Part shown: piece by piece, positions 20,808 through 31,296 of the stretch
Layout of the letters: every line of letters begins with the position of its first letter
How positions within the stretch are numbered: position 1 is the first letter of the stretch
Virus record (IMG/VR): IMGVR_UViG_2860837431_000002
Span: 1 to 64,000 of that record
Strand: one strand, 5' to 3'
DNA length: 64,000 nt
Source of the DNA: an uncultured virus (IMG/VR IMGVR_UViG_2860837431_000002)
Lineage: Duplodnaviria > Heunggongvirae > Uroviricota > Caudoviricetes
Made by a program: the position numbers and the translations under genes
The notes under the pieces: model-generated
What the model was told of the DNA's origin: nothing
Seen by the model: the letters and a program-made list of their open reading frames with translations, nothing else
The model's database searches: none

Positions 20808-21173
20808 TTAATGAATCAAGCCTTGATTTGTATTTGGTTTAATATTGTGTAAATTGATTAGGTTAGTTAACCGCTCGATTTCCTTACTCATCGCATAACA
20901 TTGATCAACATAAAATTTCTTTGGCATAATCACAAACTGGCCATTTTTAAATCCTTCCGCACCTGCTTCTTGCATTGCTGCTGGAAAGATATCAATTAGA
21001 CTCCCTTTTTTAAAGCTCTCAATATACTCATCTACTGAAATAGTGTGCAAAACCCTAGCTAATACTCCATTGGTCTTTTCATCGTTATGTACGTAAATGC
21101 TTTGTGTATGTGGCTCAATAACTACAAAATCAAGAGCGTTTACCAAGTCAATTTTTTCTTGATCAGTTAGCAT
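20808..21173 (-). CDS. YorW-like protein
   Basis: 121 aa, synteny. Confidence 0.6.
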   Translation of the reverse strand: MLTDQEKIDLVNALDFVVIEPHTQSIYVHNDEKTNGVLARVLHTISVDEYIESFKKGSLIDIFPAAMQEAGAEGFKNGQFVIMPKKFYVDQCYAMSKEIERLTNLINLHNIKPNTNQGLIH

Positions 21174-21176
21174 ATT

Positions 21177-21395
21177 TCACTCTCCTTTTAAATACGACTT
21201 GAAAAACTCACTTAAGTTATCAGCCATAGCTGCAGCAACTTCAGAAAAGTATCTATGTCTTTTCTCCTCTGATTTCAAAAACTCAACTGTCGTTTCTGCA
21301 ATTTCTTTAATCCTGTCTTCTTTGATATTTCCATTCCTAACACGCTCTTTAATCTCCTCTGTCTCTCTTTTTAAGGACTCAGGGTAACTTTCCAA
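21177..21395 (-). CDS. YorV-like protein
   Basis: 72 aa, synteny next to the methyltransferase locus. Confidence 0.6.
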   Translation of the reverse strand: MESYPESLKRETEEIKERVRNGNIKEDRIKEIAETTVEFLKSEEKRHRYFSEVAAAMADNLSEFFKSYLKGE

Positions 21396-21442
21396 TCAAT
21401 ACACTCCTCTTATTTTACATTTGTTTAAAAGACAAATTTTAT

Positions 21443-22153
21443 CTAAATTGCTACTTCTGTATGTACACCTTTTGACTCTGAAAAATCAGCGTAGCTTAAA
21501 ATATGAGCTATAACATCAACTGTCCATCCGTCCCCAAGCATATTGTATCTATGACCGTCTGCAACACCTCCTGTATAACCTTCAGGTACAGTTTGCAGTC
21601 TCTCGTATTCCAGAGGAGTAAGTTTTCTAACTCTACCATTATGTATAACTTTCTTTTGCTTATGGCCTCCTCTACATGCTGTTAAGGTTGGAGCTTTAAA
21701 ATGGGGGCTGTATACCCTTTGTAAAATATCATAGTTGTATAAATCAAGCCTTGCAGCTATTCGCTTATGTAGCCCATAAAAATCATAATTAAGATTGTAA
21801 TAATATTTTTCATCAACATTTTCCTCAAGAATATCTGCTAAGACCTGGTGCCTTTCATTAGGTTGTTTAACGTTTGGAATGTTAGTCCAGTAATATCTTC
21901 TTCTTTCTTGTGCAGAAAGTAGTCCACTATCAATCATTATTGGTTCAACGCCTAAGTTTTTAGTAATCGTATCTTTGTCCTTCTCTTTCATACTCTCAAC
22001 ATTTTCATATAGAAAATACTTGGGCTTAACTGTTTTTAACACCCTCACATACTCAAAGAACAATTTTGATTTATCCCCTGCCAAGCCTGTAAAATGCTCT
22101 TCACGATCCGCTACAGTTATAGAGAGGTTCTGACATGGACTCCCGCCTAACAA
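21443..22153 (-). pseudogene. C5 cytosine DNA methyltransferase, 3' part (motifs IV-X), separated from its 5' part by an inversion
   Basis: GGSPCQ (IV), YENV (VI), AQERRRYYW (VIII), RKLTPLEYERLQ (IX), LGDGW (X); has no motif I and no RBS. Confidence 0.9.
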
Positions 22154-22409
22154 AAGATCAATTTTATTCAGAATAAAAATAAAATATATGGAGTGATTTA
22201 GTGAGAGTACTAAGTTTATTTGACGGAATGAGTTGCGGACAAATTGCGCTAAATAAAATTGGCATTACTAATTATGAATATTATGCTAGTGAAATCGAAA
22301 AATCGAGCATCACTGTAACACAAAGGAACTATCCTTCCACAGTTCAACTAGGCAATATTTTAGAATTAGATGAAAGTAAACTAAAAAGATTAAATAAAAT
22401 TGATCTTTT
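22152..22409. repeat. Perfect 17-bp inverted repeats flanking an inverted segment
   Basis: AAAAGATCAATTTTATT (22152-22168) and AATAAAATTGATCTTTT (22393-22409). Confidence 0.95.
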
Positions 22410-22467
22410 ATATAGTTCCAAAGCATATTTTACAGATATTTCTACTCATTTACATTTTTATCCTTAA
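22201..22467 (+). pseudogene. C5 cytosine DNA methyltransferase, 5' part (motifs I-III), on the opposite strand
   Basis: GGAG RBS, GTG start; VLSLFDG (motif I), ASEIE and LGNI; homology ends at NKIDLL inside the right repeat. Confidence 0.9.
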
Positions 22468-22516
22468 GTTCTATACTGAATTTGTAATACATAATTTTAC
22501 AAGGGAGACGGTAATT

Positions 22517-22933
22517 ATGAAAAGAAAGATTTTTTCCACTAGTCTTTTAGCATTAACTATGGTAAGTGCATCATTTACTGGTGCAAGTGCAGCAACTTTA
22601 AATGAAAGCAAAGTAAGTGAAGATGCACCATTTAGTATTAAGAGAACGACAATTTATAATAGCGTTCCTAGCTGGTACCAAGGTTCTGCCTCCGCAAAAA
22701 TTGATGGTGTTTATGATGAAACTAAATTTCTTCTTACTAATTACAGCTCTAAATCAGTAAACTATAAAATTACCAAAGGCTCAACAGATATGAAATCGGG
22801 TACTATTGCTGGTAACGATTCGGTAACTTTCAACCTTAAAAAGCCATTGTTTAATAGTAGTGATTACATTGTTGAACTATATACTAACGATTCTTCTAAC
22901 AGAAGTGTTGGTATTAAGGCAGTTGGTTTGTAA
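22517..22933 (+). CDS. Secreted beta-rich protein
   Basis: GGGAG RBS, signal peptide ending ASAA; terminator AAAGCGCCTATATGGGCGTTTTTT downstream. Confidence 0.75.
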   Translation: MKRKIFSTSLLALTMVSASFTGASAATLNESKVSEDAPFSIKRTTIYNSVPSWYQGSASAKIDGVYDETKFLLTNYSSKSVNYKITKGSTDMKSGTIAGNDSVTFNLKKPLFNSSDYIVELYTNDSSNRSVGIKAVGL

Positions 22934-23109
22934 GTTGTTTAAAGCGCCTATATGGGCGTTTTTTTTTGCGAAATATGTATTCATAAAAATTTTAACTCCA
23001 CTCTATAAAAGAGATATTCTAATCAGTTTCACAAACACTTCACACATTTCAAATATTTTACATGCTAGACTAGAGTTGTATCACAATCAAAACCTGGGAG
23101 GTAATTCTT

Positions 23110-23457
23110 ATGAAAAAGTTTTACAAAGGATTGATTGTTTCTGCCTTATCTCTAACCACTCTGGCTCTCCCTGCTTTCACATCACAAGCCTCAGCTCTTA
23201 CGCCTGTTAAATCAGTTGACCAAGTTAAACAACTAGGTGATCCGATTGGTACAGTTGATTTCCACATGTTAAGGAATTCTAACGTTTCCCTATTAACAGG
23301 TTACACCCGATGGGAAATAGTATCTGGCAGTAACCTCATTAGCATTAGTTCCGGCGGTGTTGTTTCTTCTCATTCAACACTGGGCACAGCAGTGATTTAT
23401 GCATACGATATTAATGATAATTATGTTATTTATAAAATCACAGTAGAACCACGGTAG
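23110..23457 (+). CDS. Secreted protein, possibly Ig-like
   Basis: GGGAGG RBS, signal peptide ending ASA; beta-strand pattern. Confidence 0.75.
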   Translation: MKKFYKGLIVSALSLTTLALPAFTSQASALTPVKSVDQVKQLGDPIGTVDFHMLRNSNVSLLTGYTRWEIVSGSNLISISSGGVVSSHSTLGTAVIYAYDINDNYVIYKITVEPR

Positions 23458-23496
23458 TTAACTAAGGAGTGCTAGTTCACTCCTTCCCTCTTTGTT

Positions 23497-23994
23497 TTAC
23501 TCAAATAATTGAATCAAATCTTCAACAATCTCATCGCTGCCCCATTGTCCTGTATCCCATGAATATGTATGTAATCCAGCACTGCTCATAACTTCTCTGT
23601 ATAACTCCAAAATTGAATCAATGTCTTTTCCTACTATGTACTCATCACCCCGTACGCTTAACCGTTCCTTAATAATGCTTGGATCAGCATGTAAGTATAC
23701 AACCTTCGCTTTTGCTTTAATTTTATCCTCAATAATCCTAAGCTGCTGTTCTGTAAGGATCGAGTAATCTTTGAATTTCTTTGCATAAACCAAGTTAGAA
23801 TAAACAAACCTGTCAATAATCACGTTGTCTTCGTCAGCTAATTTGTTGAAGTGCTCGAATAATTTCTCATTCCCGCTTGTGGCCAACTCAAAGCTTGAAC
23901 CTTTGATAATTGGATACTTCAGTTCTTTGCTTAGCTTTGCTGCAACTGTTGATTTAAAGCAGCAATCAGGCCCCTCCAAGATAATTAATGCCAT
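23497..23994 (-). CDS. yorR: Nucleotide kinase (thymidylate kinase-like)
   Basis: LEGPDCCFKST P-loop, IDRF; 165 aa. Confidence 0.85.
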   Translation of the reverse strand: MALIILEGPDCCFKSTVAAKLSKELKYPIIKGSSFELATSGNEKLFEHFNKLADEDNVIIDRFVYSNLVYAKKFKDYSILTEQQLRIIEDKIKAKAKVVYLHADPSIIKERLSVRGDEYIVGKDIDSILELYREVMSSAGLHTYSWDTGQWGSDEIVEDLIQLFE

Positions 23995-24141
23995 TAATCC
24001 TCCACCTTTCTTATTTTATGAAATCCAACAACCTGATAAGTACCGTCAGGATACTTCACTTCTACCTGGTTGTATCGGTAATCAACTTTCGCAACAGCTC
24101 CAATCTCATCTGTAAAATCAACAATTACCTTTTGACCTTTT

Positions 24142-24378
24142 CTAAACATAAGTTAATCCTCCCCTTAGTGGCGTTAATTCATGTTCTTTAAAGTAAGTAA
24201 CGTCACCTGTTTCATCGCTAACTGCATAGTCATATGTAGCTGAATGTAAATGCTCGATAATCTTTCCTTTTCTCCCCACATGATGTGGGCATCCGTATCG
24301 TGCATTATTGTTAATTTCTACAGCTAGCCCAACAGGATAACTCCAGTATTTAGGCAATTTAATACCACCTCCCCTCAA
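24142..24378 (-). CDS. yorP: YorP-family protein
   Basis: PKYWSYP...GCPHHVGRKG; synteny. Confidence 0.7.
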   Translation of the reverse strand: MRGGGIKLPKYWSYPVGLAVEINNNARYGCPHHVGRKGKIIEHLHSATYDYAVSDETGDVTYFKEHELTPLRGGLTYV

Positions 24379-24389
24379 TAAAAAACCTC

Positions 24390-24587
24390 TTAATCTTCTG
24401 TTACTATTCTAGAAACCTGTTTTTCATTAAACCCAAGGGACGACAAGAACCTCTTAAAATCATCTAACAACAATCCAGGGATTTCCCCTTTATGTTCTTC
24501 AATAATCGACGGTTTATAAGTCTTATTTAATTTGGTTACCTGTCCATATTCGTCTGTGAATGACATTTCAATTTGAATACACTTCAA
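24390..24587 (-). CDS. YorO-like protein
   Basis: 65 aa, synteny. Confidence 0.55.
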   Translation of the reverse strand: MKCIQIEMSFTDEYGQVTKLNKTYKPSIIEEHKGEIPGLLLDDFKRFLSSLGFNEKQVSRIVTED

Positions 24588-24890
24588 TTATCTCACCCTA
24601 TTTTTTAATTTTGTCTTGAAATTTTAACTACTTGATGCCATAACAACATCATCAAAACTCCTTTCATCATAAGTTCCATCATAATAACAAAGTTCCACTG
24701 TCTTTGTTTCAGGGTAAATGGCTTCAATAACCCCGCACTCCCCAGTTGATTTGACCCTGGCCTCTTTATCTAAAATGAACATCCTCTTCACTCTCTCTAT
24801 GTAATAGTTTTCCTTGGGATAAATTTCATGTTATGTATTGCATCGAACGAATTGTTGAAATGTTTATACCTTTCAGTTATTTGGATCGAT

Positions 24891-25613
24891 TTACCAGCTC
24901 ACTCTTACATTTTTACGACCAAATGCATTTGCTTCTTGCTCACTGTCCATTAGAATATCAATACGATTGTTTTTAATATCTCCTCCTGTATCTATTGCAT
25001 ATGCTTGAAAGCTATTCCCTTCATATGAAACTTGCACTAATGAATACAAAGGAATTATTTCTGGATCAACAGCGATTATTCTTTTTCCATTGTAATAGGA
25101 TGTGTTTGATACATCATAGCCGGTTTTTGTTTTCCCTGTGCACCCTGTAGAACAAAACGCTGTGTAAGCAGTGGCAATCACTTCATGACTCTTCACTGCC
25201 TTTACATTAGTACTTTTTGAAGCAGATTTATCTTCACTTCTCTTTTTATTGGTTTTTTGCACTTTTTTTGTCTTTGTATGTTTTGCTGCTTTTTTATTTT
25301 CTTCTGTTAGATATGTAATCGTCGCATTAAGATACTTTTTTCTACTTTCAGCCTGCTTTTCTTCCTCACTCTTTAGCCTGGGAAGGATTCTTGGAACGTC
25401 AATTTCATGAATTAGTTTTTGGGTCACCTCTTTTTTATTTAGATAAAATGACTCTTTTATTGAGACTTGATTGTCCTGATGTGTATACAAGTTTTTAGCG
25501 CTATATACGAGCCCTACTCCTAACAAACCAATTGTAGCAAAAAGTGTCATTTCGTTAATTCTATGATATACATATTTTTTGTGTTTGTCTATAAGTTTTT
25601 TGAAAATTTTCAT
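24891..25613 (-). CDS. yorM: 3D-domain cell-wall protein
   Basis: ATAYT, IAVDP and AIDTGGDIKNNRIDI 3D motif; N-terminal TM. Confidence 0.85.
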   Translation of the reverse strand: MKIFKKLIDKHKKYVYHRINEMTLFATIGLLGVGLVYSAKNLYTHQDNQVSIKESFYLNKKEVTQKLIHEIDVPRILPRLKSEEEKQAESRKKYLNATITYLTEENKKAAKHTKTKKVQKTNKKRSEDKSASKSTNVKAVKSHEVIATAYTAFCSTGCTGKTKTGYDVSNTSYYNGKRIIAVDPEIIPLYSLVQVSYEGNSFQAYAIDTGGDIKNNRIDILMDSEQEANAFGRKNVRVSW

Positions 25614-25635
25614 CTCTCCTATCATCAGCTAAGAT

Positions 25636-28600
25636 TTATATTTCTGCCCTTTTAGTTGTCAAACTCATATTTCCTTCATTATCAACATTGTCTATTCTGC
25701 AGACAGTGTGATTATATATGCTATCTTTATAGACTTTCGGAATAAAATTGTTACCTCTTCTGAAACCAGTAAACATGAGCAATGTTCCTCTGGTATACCA
25801 AGATTTCTCGACTACCTCTTTCTTTCCGCCACCAATGGATCTAGAAATCTGTTTATTGTAATGACTAAAGCTGCCCGACCACTGTTTAACTGTAACCACC
25901 CCTGTTGGTGTTAGAAGAGTAATTGTATGTTTGTTTTTATCCCTATCTAAAACAGTGCCTATAATCCGTGTAGTCTCATATTCATAGAGAGTTTTCCCTC
26001 TCCATTGATAAGGTTTACCTTTGACCGGCTCTGCTGGCAGTTTATAAAAGTCAGCAATATCATACTTGGCAAAGTTTACACCAGAAAGCTCATGGTCATT
26101 ATAATAATAGCTCAATGAATCCATTTCCCACTTACCTAATGATCCATCGGCGTATTTTTCCCACTCTTTTATTAATAAACAATCATTCAATTTCTTCAGT
26201 GGTTCTTCTGTTGTTATCCAGGACTTTATATTAGACATCTTGTTATCATATTCTTTTTTAAAAGCTTTTTCAGAAATGACAAGCTGCCCGTTTAACATGT
26301 CAACAACACTATCCTCACTGAAATACTGGTTATAAAATGAAGCTGATACATCATCCAATAAAAGAAGTTTATCTTTTGGCGACTTTAATGTTTTGTACAC
26401 CTTTTTGCTGATGTAATCTTTAAAGCGAAAGAATCTCACTTCTTGTGCAAATTCTGAAGGAACAATGTTGTTTTCAATTAGCATTTTTAAATTAGACAAC
26501 GTAAGCTTACTTTTTGGTTCTGATATTAAGCTAATAAAGGCCTTCATGATTTCTTGCCTGTCTCCAAAAGAATCAAAGCAGCCTCCTTTTATTAATTGGA
26601 TTACTTGTCCTTTCTTAATAATGCCGCTCTTAAACATTCTTTCAATAAAGTCGTTAAAGTCACTATATGGTCTATTTAGAACTATATGATGAATAACATC
26701 GTCTCCAATTCCATTCATTCCTTTAAGTCCAAATAAAATTGAATTGTTGTTAATATCAGTCCTAAAACCAAAATCAGCCTTATTTATATCTGGAAGGTCT
26801 ATTTTAATCCCTCTTTGTCTGATGTTTCCGATGGCTGAAGCAACTTTTCCGTAGTTTGTAGCAGCTGTCTTTTTGTTGTCTTTTGTATCCTCGGTATCTA
26901 TTCCTCCGCTGTTTACCGTTAAACAAGCAGTATTCCAGTATAAAGGATTATATCGATAATTTAAGTTCAATTCCTGTAATGCAATAATTGAATATGCCAA
27001 GGTATGAAGTAAACTAAAACTGTAGCCAAACTGTCTTTTAAATTGAACATTCCAGACATAATTCAAAAGGTTATTTGAGGTGCCAATTTCCTTTCCTTTT
27101 TTGAAAAACAATTCTTCTACTTCTTTTAGTACATCTTCTTTCTTTTTTGCTATGGATTTCCTAAGATAATTAGATTCTTTAATGTCAAAGTTAGCTATAT
27201 CTTTGTCCATAACCATCTGCATAACCACTTCTTGAGTATCAGCAACACCATAAATGTCCTTAAGGTGCCTCTCCAATACTTTGATTTCCTTTTCGCTTAG
27301 GCTGTACCGCTTCATTTCTTCATACCATTTATTAAGGTCATTTTTGTATTTTACATATGTATCTACAGGCTGTTCTTCACCGTCTGACATAAGTCTCATT
27401 AAAGAATTGGTTACTGCTGCTTCAAGTAAGTTCTTAGGTTTTACTTTGACAACTGATTGATGACCGACTTCAGTTGAGAACTGGAACAAATCCATGATCT
27501 CCCCATTACCAGCCATTTCCCATAGCTTATCAGCTTCGTACTCAATTACGTCTGGATGGATGTATTTGTTGTAGGTTTCCTTTAAGCTTCCTTGCCATTC
27601 AATTTCTTTATTCTCGATTAATTGGTCTAATGTTACTCTAATCTTATCTAAAGCTTCAATTGTAAGAAGGTCAAACTTTACTGAGCCCATGGCTTCACTG
27701 TCACCCATATTAAACTGTGTAATATAAGCTCCTTTAGGAGTTTTCATCATTGCATTCGACTTTGTATATTCATCGTTAAAGATAATTACTCCGGCTGCAT
27801 GAGAAGAGCGCTTATTAGTTAACCCTTCAATTTTTAGAGCTGTTTCTTTAAGATTAGGGTATTGTTCAACCTCCCTAATAAACTCTTTAATCGGCTTCCT
27901 GCCAGTTTCTTTGTCACCATAAAAACAATGTGTTAAAGGCCAGTTAGATCCTCTTTCAAATGGAATCATTCCACTTAAATACTGGGATATATCATTATCG
28001 ATTCCTAAGCCTCTACACGCTGTCTGAAGCGCTGATTTTGAACCCTCAGTTCCAAAAGTAGCAATTTGAAGAACACGTTTGTCTCCAAACCTTTCTCTAA
28101 GTGCCTTAAGAATTTTTTGTCTTTTTGATCCTTCAGTATCAATATCGATATCTGGAAGGTCAGGTCTCGATTTATGTATATGTCTCCAATGTGGTAAATC
28201 ATATTGCATTGGATTAATTTGAGTGTTATCGAGAAGATAATTAACTAAGTAACCTGCAGCACTTCCCCTGGCTGCCCCAACTAAACTGTCTCCTCCACAC
28301 TCATCATCCCAAATAATATTAATGATTTCTCTAACTGTTATGTAATAAGAAGGCATAGACTGGCTCAGCTTTTGGCTGATTTCCCAAAGTTCACCCAGCT
28401 CAACGTTAATCCTATTCAATATTTTATGAAAAGCTTCTCTCGTTAGTTCGCTTGTCTTTAATTTCTCTTCAAATCCGTCCTCAATTAACTTAAGAAGATA
28501 TCTATCTTGTTCATCTGCTGATTCAGACATCTTTTTTATATATTCATATTGATCATATGCTGGTTTAAATAAATGTCTTAATTTAAAGTTTGGAAGCTCC

Positions 28601-29553
28601 ATCTTAGGGATAATTGGTTCGTGCTCTATAGTATAGTCTTCAATCATCTCACCAATGAGCATTGTATTTTTTATGGCCTGATCGATGACTTCTTTATCAA
28701 TGTAATCCATTCTCTCATGAATTTCATCAACGTTTTGAACGAAACAGGCTTCATAAAAGGAATCAACTTCTCTTTCTCCATCCTTAGCGTTTAAAAAGGC
28801 TTGATGAATTGCTCTATCTTCTGGTCTTAGATAGTGAGCATCTGTTGTAACAATCATTTGCAAGTCATACCCGTTGGCTATATCTATCAGCTTCTTGTTA
28901 CAGTAAATCTGTTCTTCACTCAGTGCAGGTTGAAGCTCGATAAAAAACTTATCCTTCCCAAAAACCTCTATACACCAAGTTATAAACTCATGAATCTTTA
29001 GTTTGTGCTGCTTAATTGACTGAGAATCACCAGTTTCTTCAAAAGCCTTTATCTTTAACAGGTGAATGTTTACCTCAGACCCCAGGCAAGCTGTGGTAGC
29101 AATGATGTGGCCTGGATCTTTACTTAATAGCTCCTCTACATCCTTTTTTACTGTCGGCACTCTTTCCATTGTTCCTGTATAAAATGAGTTTTCCCAGGCT
29201 TGAGAAGACAGTATTCTTAACTGCTCATGTCCTTTTGGATCAATTGCCAACATCAAGAAATGCGGAAATTTTGTCACTCCCGATTTATAGTTATCTCGAA
29301 CTTCCTCTAAAGAATCGACTAGGTACGCTTCATTGCCCAATATCAGTTTAAAATCTTCTGGCATATCCCCCTTCTTTTTCATTTCTCTAACTGTTCGAAT
29401 AGCATCTAAATGTGCTGAAAGGACTTCATGGTCTGTTATGGCCAGTCCCTTATATTCCATCTTTACTGCAGTTTTGAGCAGTTCTTTAACTGAGTTTGTT
29501 GAGTCTAGAAGCCTTATGTTACTCCTATCTGTGTGACAGTGACATCCTATCAA
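25636..29553 (-). CDS. yorL: DNA polymerase III alpha (DnaE-type)
   Basis: PHP HCHT/TDH, RGSAAG and PDIDID motifs; 1305 aa. Confidence 0.96.
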   Translation of the reverse strand: MIGCHCHTDRSNIRLLDSTNSVKELLKTAVKMEYKGLAITDHEVLSAHLDAIRTVREMKKKGDMPEDFKLILGNEAYLVDSLEEVRDNYKSGVTKFPHFLMLAIDPKGHEQLRILSSQAWENSFYTGTMERVPTVKKDVEELLSKDPGHIIATTACLGSEVNIHLLKIKAFEETGDSQSIKQHKLKIHEFITWCIEVFGKDKFFIELQPALSEEQIYCNKKLIDIANGYDLQMIVTTDAHYLRPEDRAIHQAFLNAKDGEREVDSFYEACFVQNVDEIHERMDYIDKEVIDQAIKNTMLIGEMIEDYTIEHEPIIPKMELPNFKLRHLFKPAYDQYEYIKKMSESADEQDRYLLKLIEDGFEEKLKTSELTREAFHKILNRINVELGELWEISQKLSQSMPSYYITVREIINIIWDDECGGDSLVGAARGSAAGYLVNYLLDNTQINPMQYDLPHWRHIHKSRPDLPDIDIDTEGSKRQKILKALRERFGDKRVLQIATFGTEGSKSALQTACRGLGIDNDISQYLSGMIPFERGSNWPLTHCFYGDKETGRKPIKEFIREVEQYPNLKETALKIEGLTNKRSSHAAGVIIFNDEYTKSNAMMKTPKGAYITQFNMGDSEAMGSVKFDLLTIEALDKIRVTLDQLIENKEIEWQGSLKETYNKYIHPDVIEYEADKLWEMAGNGEIMDLFQFSTEVGHQSVVKVKPKNLLEAAVTNSLMRLMSDGEEQPVDTYVKYKNDLNKWYEEMKRYSLSEKEIKVLERHLKDIYGVADTQEVVMQMVMDKDIANFDIKESNYLRKSIAKKKEDVLKEVEELFFKKGKEIGTSNNLLNYVWNVQFKRQFGYSFSLLHTLAYSIIALQELNLNYRYNPLYWNTACLTVNSGGIDTEDTKDNKKTAATNYGKVASAIGNIRQRGIKIDLPDINKADFGFRTDINNNSILFGLKGMNGIGDDVIHHIVLNRPYSDFNDFIERMFKSGIIKKGQVIQLIKGGCFDSFGDRQEIMKAFISLISEPKSKLTLSNLKMLIENNIVPSEFAQEVRFFRFKDYISKKVYKTLKSPKDKLLLLDDVSASFYNQYFSEDSVVDMLNGQLVISEKAFKKEYDNKMSNIKSWITTEEPLKKLNDCLLIKEWEKYADGSLGKWEMDSLSYYYNDHELSGVNFAKYDIADFYKLPAEPVKGKPYQWRGKTLYEYETTRIIGTVLDRDKNKHTITLLTPTGVVTVKQWSGSFSHYNKQISRSIGGGKKEVVEKSWYTRGTLLMFTGFRRGNNFIPKVYKDSIYNHTVCRIDNVDNEGNMSLTTKRAEI

Positions 29554-29565
29554 CTTTTCTCCCCC

Positions 29566-31296
29566 TTAAAACACAAGTTCTTTTTGTTTTGTGCGAACCA
29601 CCTCCAATTCATAAATCTCGATTTGAGGTGTTTTCTTGCCTTTGTATTCATTTGCCTTTGCTTTACCAATTACATTAATGACTAACGTTCCATTTGATGC
29701 AGTAATCTGATTAAAGTAGTTCTCATCACTTTTAAACCTTATGTATTCAATATCGCCATGCTTAAATTTAACAGTTGTCTTATTCTTTTTCCCTAAATGC
29801 TCAATTTGTTCGACATCAATTTCAAGATCCGTTATAGCTATTAATGGTTCTTCTACTTTGTAACCCCAATAGTCTTTGTAACCATCAAGTTGAAGGATAA
29901 ATTCTTTTCTCAATCGTTTTGCTGGTATCTCAAAATCAACATTCTGAATATCTTCTTCGATATCTATGTCTTTAAATTTTTCATTCAGCACTTTGTTCAC
30001 CAGGATTAAGTTCTGTCGTTTAATTGCAAAGCCAGCTGCATTCGGGTGACCTTCAACAAACTCAAATAATCCAGTATCTATAAGCTCTTTCTTAAAATCC
30101 TTTATAAACCCTTTATCATATCCTCGTATAGAGCCACTCAAGATATCTTTACCTTTTTCGGGATCGTTTCTGGCTAACAAGACCGGCTTTTTATATTCTT
30201 CTGCAAGCTGATTGGCCACCAGTCCAGTTAGGCTTTTATCTAGAATTCCTTCAATGTAAACAATCAGTACTTTATTCGCTGTTAAACTTTTCTCCTCTAT
30301 TCTATTTTTAATTTCAGCTCCAGCTGCATCTGCAATCCGTTTCTGCTTTGCTTTTAGATTTCCTAGAATCCTAACTGTGTCATCATGTATTGACACAAGC
30401 TCAGTTTCACTTTGTCCACGTTTTTTGTAGGGTACCTTTTCTTTAGAAAGGAGGAATGCTCTCATCATTTGATCTTTTTCTTCACTGCTTCCAACCCTAA
30501 TGGCAGCGTTAATTAAAGGGTTAATAAAGAACTGTGTATTCTGTATGCTCTTGTCACCCTTGGTTGAAAACTCTTGCTTCTTAAACAGCTTCTTTAATAA
30601 TGGATGTTTTATTTTCTTCAAGCCTTCATTCATAAAATACCTGGTTTCAAGGTTTCTTGAATCAGCCGAATCAGCAATGTTACCAATAGATACAAGGTCT
30701 AAGAATTGTTCGGCTTCATTTTTATTTAGCTTTTCATCAATTGCCTGGCAAAATTTATAGGCCATTCCTGCACCTGTCAGAGTTTTATTCGAATAATTAG
30801 GCGAAAGTTGATTATTTACTACGATCGCATGTTCAGACACTCGTTCACATTCATGGTGATCAATAACAATTATTTCTGTGCCTCTCTTATTAAGAGCCTC
30901 ATGTTCCTCAAATTGACTTGAACCTGCATCTGGGATTATGACTAAGTCAACATCATCAGGAATTGTATCAATAAAAATCCCATGCTCTTTCCCATCTTGA
31001 ATTCTGTAATGTATATTAGCTTTCGGACAAATCTTCTTTATGTAATTTATAATGATTGAGCTGGATGTGTATCCATCAACATCACTGTCTACCTGAACAA
31101 ACAATTTATTTTTATTATTTAAATGCCTGATAAGACAATCTGCAGCTTTATCAATATTATTAAGCTTTGAATAATGAATAACTGAATTGTGATCAACATT
31201 AACAAACAACTTTGGATCTTCTATGCCTCTATTTTTTAAGATAGTAGCTAAAGGATCGAAATTATAATCATTGTCGCCAATTAGTCTATACTCCAT
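29566..31296 (-). CDS. yorK: RecJ-like ssDNA exonuclease (DHH)
   Basis: DSDVDG, IDHH and GHPNAAG motifs; 576 aa. Confidence 0.93.
   Translation of the reverse strand: MEYRLIGDNDYNFDPLATILKNRGIEDPKLFVNVDHNSVIHYSKLNNIDKAADCLIRHLNNKNKLFVQVDSDVDGYTSSSIIINYIKKICPKANIHYRIQDGKEHGIFIDTIPDDVDLVIIPDAGSSQFEEHEALNKRGTEIIVIDHHECERVSEHAIVVNNQLSPNYSNKTLTGAGMAYKFCQAIDEKLNKNEAEQFLDLVSIGNIADSADSRNLETRYFMNEGLKKIKHPLLKKLFKKQEFSTKGDKSIQNTQFFINPLINAAIRVGSSEEKDQMMRAFLLSKEKVPYKKRGQSETELVSIHDDTVRILGNLKAKQKRIADAAGAEIKNRIEEKSLTANKVLIVYIEGILDKSLTGLVANQLAEEYKKPVLLARNDPEKGKDILSGSIRGYDKGFIKDFKKELIDTGLFEFVEGHPNAAGFAIKRQNLILVNKVLNEKFKDIDIEEDIQNVDFEIPAKRLRKEFILQLDGYKDYWGYKVEEPLIAITDLEIDVEQIEHLGKKNKTTVKFKHGDIEYIRFKSDENYFNQITASNGTLVINVIGKAKANEYKGKKTPQIEIYELEVVRTKQKELVF

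Noticed and set aside
22201..22467. 88-aa ORF as an independent gene, or a natural two-subunit methyltransferase
   Set aside because: Homology ends exactly in the inverted repeat and the 3' half has no RBS. An inversion explains both.
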